Positions 51,058 to 64,000 of a DNA stretch of 64,000 nucleotides are shown in pieces; within the stretch, counting starts at the first letter, position 1, and the number at the start of each line of letters is the position of its first letter. This DNA comes from Geosiphon pyriformis uo1 (taxonomy: Eukaryota > Fungi > Glomeromycota), in NCBI GenBank assembly GCA_016748015.1, contig JAAOMT010000571.1, positions 408,582 through 472,581 of the forward strand, written 5' to 3'. Below the pieces are notes generated by a model. The model was given only the letters and a program-made list of their open reading frames with translations. It made no database searches and was not told the DNA's origin. The position numbers and the translations under genes were made by a program.

Positions 51058-52423
51058 ATGTTTTTTTCGTTCCTGAAGCCTTCGGGAGTGTACGTAAAAG
51101 CAGTCAAATCTACCACCTCGAAAATTACTACCAATTATTGTTATCTATTATTCGATACAGAGTGTAGTATAACTGTGGGTCGTTTTGCCTTCTCCTCTGA
51201 CGCAACCTCAAGAAAGACTCCAGCATCCCCTCACTCTTCCGACTCTTTGAAAGAAACCATAGAAAAAGATAATACTCAGCCCACTAAGTTTCTTTCCACT
51301 CTTCAAACTTCGAGTTTACTCTCTCAACTCAAAGAAGTTCGTGAAAAACCTTGGTTTGATCATGTTCGTGAGCTTCAAAACGCTGTAAAGTACAAGGATA
51401 CGCAGGAAGCTCTTAGCGCAGCTTCAAAAGCGTTAAACGAATTTACTGGATATTCTGACGTTGAAAGACTAAAACAAAAAGTTATACAACAAGGTAATTT
51501 CGATCCCATTTTTTTGAGGATTTTTAAAGGTCGAACGATTAAATCTGACGAATATAGGATTAAATAATTATTTTATCTGAAATCTAGAGGATGAATTCCT
51601 AAACACACGTCAAAAATTAGCAGCCGCAAAAAGAGCTTATGAAGAAGCTATATCCACAAGATCAACCACGCAACGCGAAATTAACGATTTATTGCAACGA
51701 AAACATTTATGGTCGAACGATGACGTCATGAGGTTTACTGAGCTTTATCGTAACGAGCATTTAAACGAGCAAAGGGAAGCCGCAGCTAAAGAAGAATACC
51801 GCCAATGTGAAAAACAAGTTGAGAAAGAGTATACTGAGCTTACGAGATCCATCATGATGAGATATCACGAAGAGCAGATATGGAGCGATAAGATCCGCAG
51901 TGCATCTACATACGGCACTATCGCTTTGATGTTTTTGAACGTGTTGCTGTTCATCTGCGTTCAGACCGTATTTGAACCCAGGAAGCGACAAAAACTTGCA
52001 AATAAATTTGAACAGTTGTTGCTTAAAAAATCGGAGGAAGAGGCTAGCAAATTAGAAAGTGATCTTTTGCCCTTTATTGGTATCATCTCTCAACAACAAG
52101 AAAAGATTGATGAAATGCTCAATTTTCAAAGACAATCGATGCTTAATAATGAGACTCATAATTCTTCGAAAAAACAAGGAACATCTGACCTAGTAGATAC
52201 TTATCAGGAAATCATTGAGAAAGATTCAGAGCCAAATGAGCAATCTAGTCCATTGAAAAAAGTCGAGACTGTGGATACTGTTGATATGACAACTATAGAA
52301 AAGATTCCCGAGAAAGTTCCTCTGTTGACTGTTCGTGGAGGCAGATATTTTTGGGCCGGAACCATTGTTGGTGCAATTAGTGGAATTGCTCTTACTATTC
52401 TCTTTATGCCGGCAAACCGGTAA
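51058..52423 (+). CDS. SHE9: Mitochondrial inner membrane protein She9/Mdm33, 2 exons
   Basis: LNEFTGYSDVERLK, TQREINDLLQRKHLWS..FTELYRNEH, RYHEEQIWSDKIRSASTYGT, two TM segments. Confidence 0.93.
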
Positions 52424-55400
52424 TATTAAAGATAGCCAGCATATAGATTTCAAAATTTGTAGATAGTTTCCAGTAAATTAGAATATCATTTTAAAATTAT
52501 TCCTTTTTATGATCTCGTGGATTATCAATGATTTCGGGAAAAATTCCTCCATTCAAAAATTTTTGGGGCTCTTACAACAGGTAGGAATTGAGACGAACAA
52601 GATTTTTTGGAGCTCTTAAGCCTCACAGGATTTATTTTAATAAAACAGCAGTGATAAAGAATCAGGCAAACCTATGATCAGAAAAATAGGTCACCGAGGC
52701 GTCGCAATGTATAGCTGTTAGACCATTTGTGTTTGGGGATTATTGGTATCCCTTTTTTTCGCAACATCAAAGTCAACTTATCCAAATTGTGGTTTATCCA
52801 TAGGACGCTTACCTAACGTAATCGTTTTCCATATTACAATGATACCATGAATTTCCTCAGAACTTCATATCGAATTATTTGAATATCCACAATAATATTA
52901 GCAGGGCACAACATGGCTGCTATACTAACATTAAGTCTTTGTGCAGAAAAATCTATTACATGGGTGGCTACCCATCACAATTAAAGAAATTTAATATCAG
53001 ATGAAAATATTGGTAAAACCTCTAATGTTAATTTTTAAAGTAGCAATATTATAAACCTTTTTTACAATAATCATTGACTCAACTACTTGATTAACATTAG
53101 TATTATAGCGAAAGCATTTTGAGAGAATTAAGTCAATTTTATTATGTGGTTTGATGGTTTTTTTTTGTTTTTTATAAAGATTATATATATAAATGAAGAA
53201 AAATTTTAATTTATGATAAAAGTATTTGCAATTCTATGCATGAGTTTTTAAATTGGCCATCATAATAAGCATTGTTAATCTATAAAATTATGTTAAATTA
53301 TTCACAAAGTAAATCAATAAAATTGGATAAAAATTAAATAATTTATAGGAAATGATTAATTAAAGTAATAATTTTCTTTAAAAATTTTTACTTGATAAAA
53401 TCCAAAAGCTTTGAACACATTCATTAATTTAAATCGTACTACATAATTTCATGAAAAAAATATCAATTAGTGTTTTTTTATTTATTTTATTTTTACATTT
53501 AAATCAAATTAACATTATTGGTTAACATAAAATTTTATTATCACAACTTAATTGATCATTTTTACATGTATTTATATTTATATTAATTAAATTTAAATTA
53601 ACATGATTAAAGATTAATATAAAATATAGATTTCAATTTTTTCTTAATGTTTTTGCAAAGATAAGATGTTTATCGTAAATTCTTGTTCCTCTTCAAAATG
53701 TAACCATATGCTTTTGGTAGGCATATGAAACATATAGTTAAAAAGAAAAAACATTGGCCCGAGTTTAATCTCACAAAATTGTCCTATCCATATGGTTATT
53801 ATCTATATTTAATATGAAACTTAGCAATATTTGTGAATCGTCAAATGCATCAAAATTATTGTAAACATTGAGAGACTTTTGATCCCATGAATTTCTGAAC
53901 TTATCTTGTAGACCAAGCAGCACTTCGAGAAGTTCCTATGACACCTAATATTGAAGTTCTTGAAATTAAGTTCTTAATATTAATTTTATGTAGAGATGAT
54001 ATTTATTCGGTTTAAGCCCTTAGATGCGCAGATGAAAAACTTGAATTCATTCCTTTCGTATATCTTTTGTAGGGAGTTTTCTCCGGAAATATTTGTATAA
54101 TAAATTAGACGATTTTTTTGAGCTTTTAAAAGCAAAAATTCAAGCTGTCTGTTTTTTTTTTGAAAATTTATATAATTACATAATTACTCTTAATCTGGCT
54201 AAAAACTAATATTTTTCTTTGAATCAAACCATTTTTCACAATATCAAATCTTTTTCATCTAAAAAAGACTGCAAAAAACAGTGAATGTTATCATCTCAAT
54301 CAATTATGTTGGGTTTAATATTATCAAACCAACTTTTCCCCAAGAATTATGAAAGATTTATACATAATGATAATGGCATATAAAAATATTTCACACATTT
54401 ACTTCTATATTAAATTCTGTTTTAATTTGTTTATAGTTTTTGCAAAAGAATTCTTTTCACATAAAATTTTTCAATAATTTGAATATTTTTTCACTTTATA
54501 TAAGATTAACTGAATGTATTTATAAAATTTTAAAGAAAAATAACTGAAGATACATTAAAAAAAACCTTTCAATCAAAAATAAAACTTCTTTTTTTGCTTA
54601 ATTCAAGAATAATATCTTAAAAAAAAAGCATTTCGAAATTAGATATGAATCAATTAATAGAAAATATTTCCCCTCAAAAAAAAAGAAGATACTTAAATTG
54701 ATAATGAAAATAACCTAATTCCCATTTTTTAACATTAAATTTACACTCTTAATGTTTAAAATTTAAAAATATGATCAAATACAAAAAGTTTTTAACGTAA
54801 TTTCAAAAATATTAAACTAATTATATTGAAATTGGAAAAGCATTCATTAATTTGATTAATTCAATTCTTAGTTTTAATTTAATAATAAATATTAAATAAT
54901 CAAATTTGATAATATGACCACAACAAAATGTTATTAATGTAAAAAATTGATATTGAAAATTTCGGTTTTCTTGATTAAATTTAAAAAAATTTATTAAATC
55001 AAAATTTAAAATAATATAAATTGTTATTATAAATAAATACAATAAACCAAAATGAACAATATACAAGTTAATCTTTAATACAAATTTTTAGAAATCAAAT
55101 TTGTAAACATTATATATTTTTTAAATTATATTAAAGGCAAACATCAAATATAATAAACTTCTCTTAAATACATTTCTTAATGGTTTTTTATTAGTAAAAA
55201 AATACCTATCTATTCATGTAAAATAAAATAGGTTCAAAAATTGTTCGATAAGTATTCAGAAACAAAATTTTCCAAAAAAATCACCTAAAATAATAAAAAC
55301 CCTGGTCACTTGCGGTCTAAAGTCAATATAGAATAGTGAGACCATTCCGGATGATCAATAACTATTGCTAATCTAACGTTGCGAGCGCCAAACTGGTGGG

Positions 55401-55629
55401 TGAATGCAAAGGTAATTAACTCGTCCTTTTCACAATACAAGCATCTTAAATCGCATATGTTGCCGGTCATTAATAATTTCTAATTCCCGATGGAGGCACC
55501 GTTTAGTTACCATTGGAACTGATAGCCCTAGTAGTCAGCCCTTGTCTCCTTTGTAAATAACTAATAACTGCAAATAAATACTTTGTTCCTCTTTGATAAT
55601 ATGAATTATCAAAGAACCTTTGGGAACTT

Positions 55630-62039
<6,410 letters not shown>

Positions 62040-62275
62040 ACTTTTTCCACAGTTCAAAAATTTTTAAGAAATTTCATTTCAAGAATCTCGTGGTTTTATT
62101 TGATATTGAGGTAAAGATCCGGCTGATCTGCACATTTTTGCGCTTTTTGGTATATTGTGAGACGTGACTTATTAAATTTCTCCAGTTCCTAATCTCAACT
62201 TCATTCTCAAAAGCAGTTTGAAATAAGTCGATTTTCTCCCTACCTGCTGAATCAAAAAATTCATACACCAGAAAC
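62040..62275. promoter_or_regulatory. Short bidirectional promoter RPC1/SRP101
   Basis: 236 bp between divergent start codons. Confidence 0.6.
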
Positions 62276-64000
62276 ATGTTAGATCTCTTCACCATTTTCA
62301 CCAAGGGCGGAATTGTTCTTTGGTCGAAAACCTTCGCCCGTGTTACAAACTCCCCGGTAGACGCTTTGATCAAAGAAGTATTGATTGAGGAAAGAGCTGG
62401 AGCAAAAACATTTACAAAGGAATCCTTCAATTTGAAGTGGGTTTTTGCAAATGAACTCGATTTAATTTTTGTGGTTAGTAGAAACTTAAAAGCAAAAGGC
62501 TGATAGGTTAGGATTTACTTTTTCGTTGCTCATTGACTCGGCTACATTCTTTTACAGGTTGCCTATCAAAAAATACTTCAACTTGCTTACATCGACGAAT
62601 TACTTGCAACAGTGAAGAAGCTTTTTTGCGATAAATTCTTGAAAATAGTAAGAGATACCGAAAAGTTGCACTTGTTCCCATTTGACGATGATTTTGACAT
62701 GATTTTGAAAAATTTTGAAGATAAGGGAGTAGAGGTATTTTGTAAATTCAAATTTTCTATAGGAATTTGTCTAGAGAAATAGCAACCGAATTTTTAAAAT
62801 AACTGCCAGGATACTTTCACTACTATCATTTTATTTAGCACAGGAGATCGGCACCGCGAAAGTTTGAAGAAACCAAAAAATTTAAAGCAACTGTTGAAGG
62901 ATCGAAAAAATTAGGTTAGTAGATTAGCCTTTCGTATTATTTTGCCTGTCATCTTTTTGTTCATGCTTTTCCATATCTAGAAGCCAAAGATATCGCGGAG
63001 CAATCAAATGTCCCTTCATTTGATGATGAAAAAATTGCGCGTAATCTAGAAGCTTTGAGAAACCGCCGTGGAGGTAAAATTTCCCCAATTCGTGGTGGTC
63101 GCGTTAAAGCAGGAGGAGGAGTTAAATCTAATGATACTCGAGAAGTTTCCAAGTAAGTTTCAAAAATTAGCAAAAAATTAGCAAAAAATTAATTTTTTTT
63201 TATTCTTTTATAGCGAAAAAAAACAAGCAAAGAAAAAAGAAATGCGAAAATGGAATGGTGATCTAACAAAAGATGAACAGGAAAGTTTGGATTACAGCAA
63301 TAGTGGCTATGAAAATGACTATGATAATACACCCCTAGTGACACCACAACATTTAGTAGATACAGCTCATTTGGGTCATCGTAATGGTGATGGTCATTAC
63401 GAAGTTCAAGATTTGGGGGAGGAAGGCAATGAAGAATATGAAGGAGAATATGATCAATCCCATTCGGATGTTGGTTCCAATCTAGCTACTAAGAAAAGTG
63501 AAAATGGAATATTTTCCTTTTTCAAAAGTATGACTGGTCAAAAAGAGCTTACTCAACAGGACCTTGATCCTGTGCTGGCTAAAATGAGAGAGCATTTAAT
63601 TCAGAAAAACGTTGCCTCTGATATCGCCACTCATTTGTGTGATTCCGTAGCGAGAAATATAGTCGGGCAAAAACTGGGCAGTTTTAAGAGTAGGTTTGAG
63701 CCAGTATTGGGATTTTTGCTTTAAAAATCGTAAAGCATCATATATTCTTTCTTTTCTAGGCATACAATATACAGTTAAACAAACCATGGAGGTTGCATTG
63801 AAACGAATTCTCACTCCAAAAACATCTATCGACTTGTTGCGTGATATCTCACAAGTTCAATCGGAATCTCGTCCATATACTATATGCTTCATCGGGGTGA
63901 ATGGAGTGGGCAAAGTGTGTCACAATGAATTCAATTCTACTTTGATTTACTCATAAAATATAATCTTTTGATCATCCAATTTTTCACCTGGATTTTCTCT
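62276..64000 (+). CDS. SRP101: Signal recognition particle receptor alpha subunit (3' end outside window)
   Basis: [72 protein letters not shown]-loop. Confidence 0.95.

Noticed and set aside
52520-54100. Possible decayed coding fragments downstream of SHE9
   Set aside because: No identifiable motif in the frames I read

Overview
Eukaryotic, AT-rich, intron-rich fungal DNA. The style (MATA-type HMG gene, large Gypsy, RNase H-bearing LINEs) suggests Glomeromycota, possibly Geosiphon-like; this is recall-based inference, not a database result. Housekeeping genes: BRE1, an FPR3/4-like nucleoplasmin-FKBP, RCE1, SHE9, RPC1, SRP101 (partial), a hotdog thioesterase and an HMG-box gene. Mobile DNA: a complete but mutated 10.2-kb dUTPase-carrying Gypsy element nested in a LINE, further LINE pieces, ORF1-only elements sharing the LINE 3' UTR, and two decayed Fanzor2/TnpB-like genes. 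The most striking item is a pair of paralogous, intronless, secreted Kex2-processed repeat precursors (7717-9189, 12985-13884) flanking the thioesterase. They are predicted to release Asn/Gly peptides built on a strict 13-residue motif, one set ending in Trp-Trp-Trp, plus DPxxY pentapeptides. I cannot place this in a family I know; it is a candidate secreted self-assembling peptide system.
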